This document shows, one piece after another, positions 9,969 through 20,038 of a DNA stretch of 64,000 nucleotides (position 1 is the stretch's first letter; every line of letters begins with the position of its first letter). The position numbers and the translations under genes are program-made. The stretch comes from Omnitrophica WOR_2 bacterium RIFOXYA2_FULL_38_17 (GTDB lineage Bacteria > Omnitrophota > Gorgyraeia > Zapsychrales > Zapsychraceae). The notes below the pieces were generated by a model. It ran no database searches. It was not told the origin of the DNA and was given only the letters and a program-made list of their open reading frames with translations. The stretch is taken from NCBI GenBank assembly GCA_001805965.1, contig MHHG01000005.1:5279-69278 (forward strand), written 5' to 3'.

Positions 9969-10882
9969 CAAAAGACAATCCACTTATCAGTGTGATCATG
10001 CCCACTTATAACAGATCAACAATAGCTGGCAATGCTGCTATTAGCGTTCTACAACAATCATATAATAATATTGAACTTATCATCGTTGATGATGGTTCAT
10101 CTGATGGGACTAAAGATATCATAAAAGCCCTAAATGATACTCGGATAAAATATATAAGACACGAGACAAACAAGGGCGGCTCAGCCGCAAGAAACACTGG
10201 CATAAAATCATCTAAGGGTGATTATTTATCCTTTATTGATGATGACAATATTTGGATGCCTGAAATTTTAGAGCTGCAATACAAGACCTTTTCTAATTCT
10301 TCACCAGATATCGGCATAGTCTATGTTTGGCAAGAAGTTCGCTCGCTTGAAAACAATGAATTGCTTTGGAAAACTCAGCCAACATTAAAAGGCAATTTAA
10401 AAGGACAATTTCTTTACGGACAAGGAATTGGGGGAATGAACTTTTTAACAAGAAGAGAGTGCTTGAATAAAATAGGCCTTTTTGATGAAAATCTAAAAGC
10501 CTGTCAGGATTGGGACCTTCTTAAAAGGCTCTCTGAACATTATTCCTTTGATTTTATTCCTAAGGAACTTGTTGTTTATTATATCCATCCTGAGAGGATA
10601 TCAACCAATTTAGAGAGCTTGATCCTTGGAAGAACAAGAATGGTTGAGAAGTACTTAGATGAATTCAAATTACACCCTGAGGTTTTAACTACTCATTATA
10701 AGCGAATTGGAAAAATGCATTGCATTAATGGCACGTGGAAACATGGCTTTGAATGGTTCAGAAAGGCGATTGAGGTCAATATGCTTTCTATATTTAAAAT
10801 AATCGCATGGTTAGCAATTGATTATCCGCGGTTAAAACTTTTTTCAAGGGATAAGTACTTTAAAAAATACATAATAGATTAA
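9965..10882 (+). CDS. Family 2 glycosyltransferase
   Basis: ISVIMPTYNR...ELIIVDDGSSDGT is the GT2 signature. A DxD motif (IDDD) is present. Confidence 0.8.
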   Translation: MTKDNPLISVIMPTYNRSTIAGNAAISVLQQSYNNIELIIVDDGSSDGTKDIIKALNDTRIKYIRHETNKGGSAARNTGIKSSKGDYLSFIDDDNIWMPEILELQYKTFSNSSPDIGIVYVWQEVRSLENNELLWKTQPTLKGNLKGQFLYGQGIGGMNFLTRRECLNKIGLFDENLKACQDWDLLKRLSEHYSFDFIPKELVVYYIHPERISTNLESLILGRTRMVEKYLDEFKLHPEVLTTHYKRIGKMHCINGTWKHGFEWFRKAIEVNMLSIFKIIAWLAIDYPRLKLFSRDKYFKKYIID

Positions 10883-10923
10883 ATAAGACGCTAATTGTTA
10901 GCAGAACGTAAAAATACAACATA

Positions 10924-11940
10924 ATGAAAATATTATATATTTCTAATCATAACCCCCATTTTGATAATACTAATGTTTTCAGAGAAGACGCTATAAAGCA
11001 ACTCGGGCATGAATTGATATTTTTTGAAGATAGAAGCTTTTTGTTCCCTGGTAGGCTCAGGGACTCATGTGAATTTATAAGGAATATTGACTTAAATTTT
11101 ATCGGAAATAAACTTATCAAGACAATTAAAGAAAACTCACCTGATGTTTGTCTATTTGTGGGAGGGGGGGCTTTTAAAACCCAGGTCTTTAAAGATATTC
11201 AGGATTTAAATGTTAAGTCTATTTTATTGACAACTGATCCTTTAAATAGCTTGTATACTGAGCATATTAGCAAGAATGCATTTTATTTTGACCATATATT
11301 TTACTCTGGCACAGAAGCCAAAACCCTTCTTGATAAATTAGGATATTATAATTCTTCATGGCTGCCCTTTGCCTGTAGTCCAAACTTTCACAAACCAGTA
11401 CTTTTAAATGATGAAGAAAATAAAATATACAAGAAAGACATTGCTTTCGTAGGTTCATACTACAAAAACAGAGAACAAGTATTTGAATCAATAGCTGATC
11501 TTAATTTAGGTATTTGGGGCCCATCTTGGTCAAAAGTAAATAAAAGTTCAAAATTGGCCGTTAAGGCAATTGATACCCGGTTAAATTATACTGAGTGGAT
11601 AAAAATTTACAGCGCTGCCAAAATAGTTGTTGTTTCTCATTATAATGATGGCAAAACACCTTGCTTTCAAGCTAGCCCTAAAATCTTTGAAGCTTTAGCT
11701 TGTAAAAGCTTTCTCTTAGTTGATAAACAAAAGGACGTTTTAGATATTTTTAAAGACAGAAAACATTTAGTGTTCTTCGAGGATCCAAATGATCTAAGAC
11801 AAAAGATCCTCTATTACTTAGACAGCGATAAAGAAAGAAGTTTTATTGCTGAAAACGGCTATAAAGAAGTTTTAATGTCACACACGTATAAAAGAAGAAT
11901 TGAAGATCTATTAAAGATCATCGATACAGATCAATTATGA
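10924..11940 (+). CDS. CgeB-family / DUF3880-like glycosyltransferase-related protein
   Basis: A C-terminal region with FEALACKSFLL resembles the CgeB family. It sits between GT2 and GT4 genes. Confidence 0.45.
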   Translation: MKILYISNHNPHFDNTNVFREDAIKQLGHELIFFEDRSFLFPGRLRDSCEFIRNIDLNFIGNKLIKTIKENSPDVCLFVGGGAFKTQVFKDIQDLNVKSILLTTDPLNSLYTEHISKNAFYFDHIFYSGTEAKTLLDKLGYYNSSWLPFACSPNFHKPVLLNDEENKIYKKDIAFVGSYYKNREQVFESIADLNLGIWGPSWSKVNKSSKLAVKAIDTRLNYTEWIKIYSAAKIVVVSHYNDGKTPCFQASPKIFEALACKSFLLVDKQKDVLDIFKDRKHLVFFEDPNDLRQKILYYLDSDKERSFIAENGYKEVLMSHTYKRRIEDLLKIIDTDQL

Positions 11941-13052
11941 TCACAAAGAAAAACATAATACATTTAATCCCAACATTAGGTGTTGGCGGTGCCGAAAAGG
12001 TCATACTACACATATGCAAGAATTACGACAAAGAAAAATACAAAATAACTGTTATTTACTGGTTAGATTCTGAAGAATTACTGGACCAAATCAAAGAAAC
12101 AGGGGTTGAAGTAATAAAATTAACCATGAAAAAGACCATTTCATTTGAAATGGTCTTTAAATTAAGCAAAATTCTTAAAAACATATCCGCAGACTTACTT
12201 CATACTCATTTTTTTGATAGCGATCTAATTGGTTTTTTTTCATCATTATTATGTAATGTGCCACAAGTAATCCATATTCATTCGTATCCTTATCCAATAG
12301 AAACTAAACATTGTATTAGGTATAAAATCATATCTTTGTTTTGCAAGAAAATATTGTGTGTTTCTGAAATTGTTAAAGATCATGTAATTAAAAAAACCCG
12401 TATTAATCCTTCAAATGTTATGGTTATTCATAATGGCATTGAAATTGACGATATTTATGACAGTCTTAGCAATCAAAATATCTTAAAAACAAGGACCTCC
12501 TTTGGCATTGCAAAAGACGCAATCATCCTTGGAAACGTTGGCCGTTTGATTGCAAAAAAAGGACAAAAATATTTGATTCAAGCAATGCCACTTGTCTTAA
12601 AAAAATATCCTAATATTAAATTAATAATTGTTGGAGATGGCCCGTTAAAATCCGACTTAACACAATTAGTTAATTCGTTATCACTGGAAAATGTTGTGAT
12701 TCTGGCAGGAGAACTGAAGAACATACCCGTTCTTTTAAATGTCTTTGATTTCTTCATATTCCCATCTATCAATGAATCCCTTGGGATAGCAGTTATCGAA
12801 GCTATGGCAGCTGGTAAACCTATCATAGCAATTAAGGATACCGGCGTATCCGAATTAATCGCTAACAACGAAGAAGGCTTATTAATTAATCCAGAGAATG
12901 AAAATGAAATTGCAGATGCAATAATTTATATGATCGAGAATCCTGTAAAAACAAAAGAATTCGGGTTAAAAGCGAAAGAAAAAGCAAAAATGTTCAGTGC
13001 TGCTATAATGGTATCTAAAATACAAAATGTTTATGATGAAATTTTATCTTGA
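11937..13052 (+). CDS. GT4 family glycosyltransferase
   Basis: TLGVGGAEKV is at the N-terminus. The C-terminal motif ESLGIAVIEAMAAGKPIIA is the GT4 EX7E motif. Its start overlaps the previous stop (ATGA). Confidence 0.8.
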   Translation: MITKKNIIHLIPTLGVGGAEKVILHICKNYDKEKYKITVIYWLDSEELLDQIKETGVEVIKLTMKKTISFEMVFKLSKILKNISADLLHTHFFDSDLIGFFSSLLCNVPQVIHIHSYPYPIETKHCIRYKIISLFCKKILCVSEIVKDHVIKKTRINPSNVMVIHNGIEIDDIYDSLSNQNILKTRTSFGIAKDAIILGNVGRLIAKKGQKYLIQAMPLVLKKYPNIKLIIVGDGPLKSDLTQLVNSLSLENVVILAGELKNIPVLLNVFDFFIFPSINESLGIAVIEAMAAGKPIIAIKDTGVSELIANNEEGLLINPENENEIADAIIYMIENPVKTKEFGLKAKEKAKMFSAAIMVSKIQNVYDEILS

Positions 13053-13061
13053 ACCTGAAAT

Positions 13062-14183
13062 ATGAACATATTATACATTCATAACAAAGCACAAATCAGT
13101 GGAGGGGAAAAGAGCCTTATTAATCTTTGGGAAAATATGGATAGGGAAACCTTTAATCTATTCTTAGCTATACCAGAAGAAGGCAAGTTATCTGAATACG
13201 CAAGATCTTTAAATATAAAGGTCTTTCTATTAAAAATACCTCAACTAAACCTATTGCATTGCTTCTCAATTTTTCGTGCACATAATAGCTTGATTTCATT
13301 AATAAAAAAAAACAAAATCGACTTAATACATTCCTATTCACCGAGAAACAATATTTTGGGCGCAATAGCTGCAAAGCTGCTTAGAAAACCAATAATCTGG
13401 CATGAAAGAAATCTACCCTTTGATAATGAAAAAGACATATCAAGACAATTACTGTTCTTACCTGATATAATAATCTGTAATTCCGGAGCGGTTGCTAAAC
13501 GTTTTGAAATAAAAGACAAGGTCCCGGACAAAGTAAAAACAATATTGAATGGCGTCAATGTAAAAAGATTTTCAGCAAACAGCGATACTATGACATTTCG
13601 CCACAAATTTAATCTTGATAAAAGAAAAGTTGTTGGCATTATTTCAAATCTTAATAAAAGAAAGAATGTCGAATATTTTATTGATATCGCAGCAAAGCTT
13701 GCTCAAAAAAGGAAGGATGTTCAATTTGTTATTGTCGGAGACACTTTTGAGGAGCAAAATAACAGATTTGAAGAGCTTAATAAACTAATATCAAATTTTG
13801 GGCTGGAAGATCAATTTACTTTAACAAAGTTTGTTGATAACACTTATGAAATATTGTCTTGCTTCAATATTGCAGCACATGTTACCGAAAGAGAAGCATG
13901 CTCAAGAGCTATTCTGGAATCCATGGCCTGCGGAAAGGCAGTAGTTGCACTGAATGAAGGCGGCAACCCTGAACTTATTGAAAATAATATATCAGGGATC
14001 TTAGTTGAACCAAGGAATTTAGATAAATTTACTGATACACTTAACAAGCTTTTAGATAATGATGTTTTATGCTCACAATTAGGAGAAATGGCCAGAAAAA
14101 GGATCACTGAGTTGTTCGATATAAATATAAACACTAAACTAACTGAAGATCTATATAAACAGCTTTATAAGGACAATGAATGA
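13062..14183 (+). CDS. GT4 family glycosyltransferase
   Basis: GGEKS is at the N-terminus. The C-terminal motif is REACSRAILESMACGKAVVA. Confidence 0.75.
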   Translation: MNILYIHNKAQISGGEKSLINLWENMDRETFNLFLAIPEEGKLSEYARSLNIKVFLLKIPQLNLLHCFSIFRAHNSLISLIKKNKIDLIHSYSPRNNILGAIAAKLLRKPIIWHERNLPFDNEKDISRQLLFLPDIIICNSGAVAKRFEIKDKVPDKVKTILNGVNVKRFSANSDTMTFRHKFNLDKRKVVGIISNLNKRKNVEYFIDIAAKLAQKRKDVQFVIVGDTFEEQNNRFEELNKLISNFGLEDQFTLTKFVDNTYEILSCFNIAAHVTEREACSRAILESMACGKAVVALNEGGNPELIENNISGILVEPRNLDKFTDTLNKLLDNDVLCSQLGEMARKRITELFDININTKLTEDLYKQLYKDNE

Positions 14184-15307
14184 AATTAGGAATCGACGCA
14201 AGAGAAATACAGGATGGGGTTTATACAGGTATTGGCCGTTCTCTCTACAACTTCATAAAATACTTTTTATCGCAGAATAATGATGACCAACTAGTTTTAT
14301 TCTCTAGTAAGAAGTTAAGGCTAGGGCCCAATAAGAGGTTCAAAAATATTGTAATACCTGGGAACATTATTATTTTATGGGATCAAGTTGCCCTGCCAAT
14401 GGCAATTAATCAAGAACAAATAGATATTTTCTATTCGCCTTATTACAAAGTGCCTCTTAATGCAAAATGTATCGTTGTAAGCGCCATACTTGACCTTATG
14501 TATATCATTTATGAAAAATATAAAAACAATTTGAATTTCTTTTCGGAATCTTATTATAAGCATTTTGGAAAGCTTTATGCAGACAGGTCAGATATTATAT
14601 TAACTTGCTCTGAGTATTCAAAGAAGGACATTATAAATATTTTTTCTGTTGATCCTGAAAAGATAAAGGTAATACCTTTGAGCGTTAGTGATATTTATAA
14701 AACAGAAAATGAGTCCGGGAAGATCTCAGCAGCTAAAGCAAAGTACGGAATAGAAGGCAGATATATCTATTATATAGGCAACTTCAAGCATCATAAGAAT
14801 GTTGAAAACCTCATAATTGCCTTTAGAAAGATTTTACCTAAATTTAAGGACCTGAAACTTGTTTTAGCTGGTCCAAAAACCCATCTATATCAACAATACT
14901 TGTCATTAATACATGTGCTTTCGATTCAGGATAGCGTAATATTTACTGGAAAGATACTCCCGGAAGATGAGCCGCACCTTCTTTACAATGGTGCTGAAGT
15001 ATTTGTATTTCCTTCGCTTTATGAGGGATTTGGGATACCCCCAATTGAAGCAATGGCATGCGGAACACCTGTTATTTCCTCAAATTTAACTTCACTGCCG
15101 GAAGTTATCAGTAGCGCCGGCATTCTGGTTGATCCTTTCAACACTGATGATCTTGCAGCAGCAATTTCTAGCATATTAAGCAACAATAGCCTTAAAGATG
15201 TTTTAATTGAAAAGGGGTTCAAACTTGCTGAGAAATTCTCTCAGGAAAATGTTTCAAAACAATATTATGAGTTCTTTAAAAAACTGTTAAGGAATAAGGA
15301 TAATTAA
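14180..15307 (+). CDS. GT4 family glycosyltransferase
   Basis: The motif EGFGIPPIEAMACGTPVISS is present. Its start overlaps the previous stop (ATGA). Confidence 0.8.
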   Translation: MKLGIDAREIQDGVYTGIGRSLYNFIKYFLSQNNDDQLVLFSSKKLRLGPNKRFKNIVIPGNIIILWDQVALPMAINQEQIDIFYSPYYKVPLNAKCIVVSAILDLMYIIYEKYKNNLNFFSESYYKHFGKLYADRSDIILTCSEYSKKDIINIFSVDPEKIKVIPLSVSDIYKTENESGKISAAKAKYGIEGRYIYYIGNFKHHKNVENLIIAFRKILPKFKDLKLVLAGPKTHLYQQYLSLIHVLSIQDSVIFTGKILPEDEPHLLYNGAEVFVFPSLYEGFGIPPIEAMACGTPVISSNLTSLPEVISSAGILVDPFNTDDLAAAISSILSNNSLKDVLIEKGFKLAEKFSQENVSKQYYEFFKKLLRNKDN

Positions 15308-15320
15308 CCACATATAAACC

Positions 15321-16457
15321 ATGAAATCACTGTTTATTGTCAATGATTTTCCGCCGATATTGGGTGGCCAATCAACATATTACTACAACTTGTGCAGAGC
15401 CTTACCAAAGGATTCCTTTATCGTTCTTGCTCCTAAATGGGGCAAATACAAAGAATTTGATTCTAATCAAGATTTTACAATTATTAGAAAATCTTATTTA
15501 ACAAAGATACCTTTTTTAGAAAAAGCTTTTAAGATCATCCTTCCATTTTTTTATGCATTACCAATAATTTCCAAAAAAGATATAAAACGGATCCATTGTG
15601 CCCATGTCTTATCTACAGGGGTAGTAGGCTTATTGTTAAAAATACTCTTTAAAAAAGAATATTTTCTGTATACTCATTCTGCGGATATCATGTCTTATCA
15701 ACACATTCCACTAATTAAAAAGCTGCTTGTTACTATCTTGAAGAATGCATCTAAAATAATGGCCAATAGCAATTTTACACATGACAAACTGATTGAACTT
15801 GGCGTAGAAAAGGAAAAAATAATCATTTCTCATCCGTTAATAGACTTCAATGACTACACTAAAGAGACTAATTTAAGCAATATCGTGCAGAAATATGACC
15901 TGAAAGGGAAAAAAGTTATTCTTAGCGTAAACCGCCTTATTGAAAGAAAAGGCAATGATATGGTAATCAGGGCTATTCCTATCATTAAAAGGGAAATAGC
16001 AAATGTAGTTTACCTTATTGTTGGATCAGGACATTATTTATCGACCTTGAAGTCCTTGGTTAAAACATATAATTTAGTTTGTACTGTTATTTTTCTTGAA
16101 TCAATTACCAACTTGGAAATAATAGATCTCTATAAGGCATGTAACGTCTTTGTTATGCCTAGCAGGATTAGCGAAAAAAAGGGCGACGCAGAAGGTTTTG
16201 GTATCGTATTTTTAGAAGCAAATGCCTGCGGGATCCCGGTTATAGGGGGGAGATCAGGAGGGATTCCCGATGCTGTTATTGATAATAAAACCGGAATACT
16301 TGTAGATCCTCTAAGTGTTGATGAAATTGCTAAGGCAATAATTCAACTGCTAAAAGACGAGCATTTAGCAAAACAACTTGGCGAATTCGGGAAGAACAGG
16401 GTTAAAGAAGAATTCGATTGGAGAAACGGGGCAAAAGAAGTATCAAATCTTTTCTAA
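15321..16457 (+). CDS. GT4 family glycosyltransferase
   Basis: The motif EGFGIVFLEANACGIPVIGG is present. Confidence 0.75.
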   Translation: MKSLFIVNDFPPILGGQSTYYYNLCRALPKDSFIVLAPKWGKYKEFDSNQDFTIIRKSYLTKIPFLEKAFKIILPFFYALPIISKKDIKRIHCAHVLSTGVVGLLLKILFKKEYFLYTHSADIMSYQHIPLIKKLLVTILKNASKIMANSNFTHDKLIELGVEKEKIIISHPLIDFNDYTKETNLSNIVQKYDLKGKKVILSVNRLIERKGNDMVIRAIPIIKREIANVVYLIVGSGHYLSTLKSLVKTYNLVCTVIFLESITNLEIIDLYKACNVFVMPSRISEKKGDAEGFGIVFLEANACGIPVIGGRSGGIPDAVIDNKTGILVDPLSVDEIAKAIIQLLKDEHLAKQLGEFGKNRVKEEFDWRNGAKEVSNLF

Positions 16458-16467
16458 TTAATATTTT

Positions 16468-17619
16468 ATGATAAAAGTTCTGCACATAATCACTAGGCTT
16501 GATATCGGAGGATCTGCTACAAATACTATAGACACTGTAGCTAGATTAGATAAATCTAAATATCATGTATCTCTTGTCAGTGGAAAAACCATTGACCCTG
16601 ATGGTGTAATTGAAGAAAAGCTCATCAATTATAATATGGATTATACTTTTATTAATGAACTGCGTCGTGAAATCAATCCCTTCCTGGATATCATATCCCT
16701 TATTAAGCTTTGCGATCATATAAAGAAAGGGAACTACGATATTGTTCATACCCATTCATCAAAAGCTGGAATACTGGGCCGCTGGGCTGCTAAGTTAGCA
16801 GGGGCTAAACATATAGTTCACACTCCGCATGGGCATGTTTTTCATAGTTACTTCAGCAGGCTTTTAACTGCAGTATTCTTGTTAGTTGAAAAATTTACCG
16901 CAAAATTCACAGACAAAATCATTACATTGACAATAAAAGGAAAACTTGAACACATTAAATATGGTATCGCAAAGCCAAGCAAATTTGTTCAAATATACAG
17001 CGGTGTGGATTTCAATAGAATAAGCATTAACAATGATTTTTCACAAAAAATTAAAAATGATCTAAAAATCGATAATGACAATATAGTTTTCGGAACTGTA
17101 ACTAGATTAGAGCCTATTAAAGGAAATGATTGCTTAATCGAGGCAATGGCTGAAGTTGTTAAAAACATCCCAAATTCACTATTAGTAATTGTTGGGGATG
17201 GCGCTGAGAGACAAAACCTCATTGAGCTAGCAGAATCATTAAATATTATTGATAAAGTGAGGTTTGCTGGATTCAGGCATAATAAATATGACTTTATAAA
17301 TATTTTTGACATTTTTGTTCTAAGCTCGCTTAACGAGGGAATGGGAAGAGCAATACTTGAAGCTATGTATTTAAAAAAACCGGTTATTGCAAGCGATACG
17401 GGTGGGATTCCAGAGCTGGTAGCTGAAGGTAAAACTGGTATGCTAGTTACACCTGGCGATTCTAATGCTTTGTCAGAAGCAATGATCACTTTAGCAAAAA
17501 ACAAAGAGCAGATTGTGGATTTTGGTGACAGCGGAAATAAATTAGCAAATGATTTGTTCAGCCTAGATACAATGATATCCAAAATTGAGGATTTATACGA
17601 AAGCCTTTTAAACAAATGA
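16468..17619 (+). CDS. GT4 family glycosyltransferase
   Basis: DIGGSATN is at the N-terminus. The C-terminal motif is EGMGRAILEAMYLKKPVIASDTGGIPE. Confidence 0.75.
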   Translation: MIKVLHIITRLDIGGSATNTIDTVARLDKSKYHVSLVSGKTIDPDGVIEEKLINYNMDYTFINELRREINPFLDIISLIKLCDHIKKGNYDIVHTHSSKAGILGRWAAKLAGAKHIVHTPHGHVFHSYFSRLLTAVFLLVEKFTAKFTDKIITLTIKGKLEHIKYGIAKPSKFVQIYSGVDFNRISINNDFSQKIKNDLKIDNDNIVFGTVTRLEPIKGNDCLIEAMAEVVKNIPNSLLVIVGDGAERQNLIELAESLNIIDKVRFAGFRHNKYDFINIFDIFVLSSLNEGMGRAILEAMYLKKPVIASDTGGIPELVAEGKTGMLVTPGDSNALSEAMITLAKNKEQIVDFGDSGNKLANDLFSLDTMISKIEDLYESLLNK

Positions 17620-18305
17620 TCGTTTCAATACATCAGCCACAATACTTGCCCTGGTTAGGATATTTTGACAAACTTATCCGTTCAGATGTTTTTATTTTGC
17701 TTGATAATGTACAGTTTAAAAAGAACGATTGGCAGAACAGAAATAGAATAAAGACCTCTCAAGGTGCTAAGTGGATAACTGTCCCTGTAATTCATGATTT
17801 CGGGCAAGTTATTTCTGAAACGAAGATAAACAATACTGTTAACTGGAAAGAAGAGCACATAAAAACACTAACTGTTAACTATAGTAAAGCTATGTATTTT
17901 AAAAAATACATACCTTTATTTGAAGAAGCATATAGTCAAGATTGGGAATTTTTATCTGACATAAATATTTATTTTATTAAAAAGCTTGCTAAAGTATTAT
18001 GTATTGACACAAAGATCGTAAGAGCCTCTGATTACGATACAACTGATGATAGAACGGTCAGGCTTGTGGACCTGTGCAAGACTTTTAAGGCAGATACATA
18101 TTTATCTGGCATTGACGGAAAAAAATACATGGATTTTGAAATATTTGAGCAAAACAATATAAACATTGTGACTCAGGAATATAATCACCCGGTTTATTCA
18201 CAACTATTTTGTAAAAAAAACACCAATGCTTTTGAGCCAAATATGTCAATAGTAGATCTGATCTTTAACTGCGGCGAAGAGAGCAAAGATATAATATCAA
18301 CATAA
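17616..18305 (+). CDS. WbqC-like family protein
   Basis: The N-terminus MIVSIHQPQYLPWLGYFDKL is diagnostic of the WbqC family. Its start overlaps the previous stop (ATGA). Confidence 0.75.
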   Translation: MIVSIHQPQYLPWLGYFDKLIRSDVFILLDNVQFKKNDWQNRNRIKTSQGAKWITVPVIHDFGQVISETKINNTVNWKEEHIKTLTVNYSKAMYFKKYIPLFEEAYSQDWEFLSDINIYFIKKLAKVLCIDTKIVRASDYDTTDDRTVRLVDLCKTFKADTYLSGIDGKKYMDFEIFEQNNINIVTQEYNHPVYSQLFCKKNTNAFEPNMSIVDLIFNCGEESKDIIST

Positions 18306-18324
18306 TGCGTTTTGGGAGACAGGA

Positions 18325-19365
18325 ATGAAAATATTAATTACAGGCGGCGCAGGAATGGTGGGTTCTCATTGTGCTGAATATTTCGTTAAGAAAAAACATA
18401 AAGTAACGATTATTGACAATTTAATGCGTTCTAAAATATTCGGTTCCGACACAAAGTCAGTTGAATATAATTGGAATTACTTAAAAACGATTAAAAATAT
18501 AAAACTGATAAAAAAAGACGTGAGAGATAGTGCCTCAATGGCCAGAATATTCAAAGATGAAAAGCCGGATGTTGTTATTCATGCCGCTGGACAGCCCGGC
18601 GTAAGATATTCCCTGGATAATCCTCTTGAAGACTGCACAATAAATTCTAATGGCACGATCTCGGTACTTGAAGCTTTGCGCAACGCAAACAAGAAAGGAA
18701 TATTCATATACACATCTTCTAACAAGGTTTATGGCAACAATGTCAATAAAGTACCTCTAAAAGAGAGCAAAATGCGTTATGATTTCAAGCTCTCGCAAGG
18801 CATAAATGAATGTTTCAGCATTGATCTTACTGGGCACACTCCATATGGTGTATCAAAGCTATCTGGCGATCTCTATGCTCAAGACTATGCCCATGCTTAC
18901 GGTCTTAAAACAGGCGTCTTTAGAATGAGCTGCATATATGGGACACGTCAGTTTGGATTTGAGGACCAGGGATGGCTTGCATGGTTTGCAATAAGGTACT
19001 TTCTTGGGAAGCCGATCACAATTTATGGGAACGGAAAACAGATACGCGATATTCTTTGGGTTGAAGACCTTGCAAAAGCTTTTGACTCATTTATAAAAAG
19101 TGAGCATAAAAGTGAAGTTTTCAATATGGGCGGCGGAACAAAAAATACGCTTTCCCTTCTAGAATTAACGAACATTTTAGAGGATATTTCCGGTAAAAAA
19201 ATTAAAATAAAATATGCTGATTGGAGAAAATTCGATCAAAAGGTTTACATTTCGGACATATCAAAAGTAAATAAACTTTTAAAATGGAGACCTTCTGTAT
19301 CACCTCGTGAAGGAGTCGCGAGACTTTATAATTGGGTTTCTCAAAACCCAAGACTTTTCAAATAA
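18325..19365 (+). CDS. NDP-sugar epimerase (extended SDR, CDP-paratose 2-epimerase / UDP-Glc 4-epimerase family)
   Basis: The Rossmann motif ILITGGAGMVGSH is present, with a YxxxK motif (YGVSKLSGD). Confidence 0.7.
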   Translation: MKILITGGAGMVGSHCAEYFVKKKHKVTIIDNLMRSKIFGSDTKSVEYNWNYLKTIKNIKLIKKDVRDSASMARIFKDEKPDVVIHAAGQPGVRYSLDNPLEDCTINSNGTISVLEALRNANKKGIFIYTSSNKVYGNNVNKVPLKESKMRYDFKLSQGINECFSIDLTGHTPYGVSKLSGDLYAQDYAHAYGLKTGVFRMSCIYGTRQFGFEDQGWLAWFAIRYFLGKPITIYGNGKQIRDILWVEDLAKAFDSFIKSEHKSEVFNMGGGTKNTLSLLELTNILEDISGKKIKIKYADWRKFDQKVYISDISKVNKLLKWRPSVSPREGVARLYNWVSQNPRLFK

Positions 19366-19408
19366 TCTTTTATGAAAAAGCCTTGGCAAAAATACAGGAG
19401 ATAAACAT

Positions 19409-20026
19409 ATGAACATATTAGCCATTGGTGCACACCCAGATGATATTGAATTAGGTTGTGCCGGGACTCTGTTGAAATACACAAGATCAGGAGACAATGT
19501 TTATTTGCTGGTTCTTAGTGACGGGTCCAAGGGAGGGGATTGCTCGGTCAGAAAACTAGAACAAATAGAAGCCAGCAATATTATGGGTGCTAAAGAATTG
19601 ATATGGGGCGATTGGAATGATACTGAATTTGACGTGACAAATGAGAATGTTGAATATATTGAGAATATCATAAAGAGGCTACAGCCGGATGAGATCTATG
19701 TCAACTATTTCGACGATTCTCACCAGGATCATAGAGCCCTTGCGCAGTGTGTAATATCTGCAACCAGATATTGCAAAAGAGTCCTTTTTTACGAGGATTA
19801 CACCTCTCAAAATTTTGAACCTAATATTTTCGTTGATATTAGTGAGGTGCTTAATGAAAAATTCAGACTAATGAAAACCTTTAAATCCCAGCTAGAAAAA
19901 AATACATCTGATGAGCCAACAATGCTTGAAAATATAAGATCCGTAGCAAGATTCAGGGGCTTTCAGGCAAAGATAAATTTCGCAGAAGGATTTATGCCTC
20001 TAAGATACATTAAGTTAATAAACTAA
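19409..20026 (+). CDS. PIG-L / LmbE family N-acetylglucosaminyl deacetylase
   Basis: ILAIGAHPDDIELGCAGTL is the PIG-L signature. An HQDH motif is present. Confidence 0.8.
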   Translation: MNILAIGAHPDDIELGCAGTLLKYTRSGDNVYLLVLSDGSKGGDCSVRKLEQIEASNIMGAKELIWGDWNDTEFDVTNENVEYIENIIKRLQPDEIYVNYFDDSHQDHRALAQCVISATRYCKRVLFYEDYTSQNFEPNIFVDISEVLNEKFRLMKTFKSQLEKNTSDEPTMLENIRSVARFRGFQAKINFAEGFMPLRYIKLIN

Positions 20027-20038
20027 TAATTTCTGATC

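Noticed and set aside
16989-17615. 208-aa minus-strand ORF antisense to the GT4 gene 16468..17619
   Set aside because: The + strand gene has the GT4 EX7E motif and fits the operon. The antisense ORF has a low-complexity Ser/Ile/Leu-rich composition typical of shadow ORFs.
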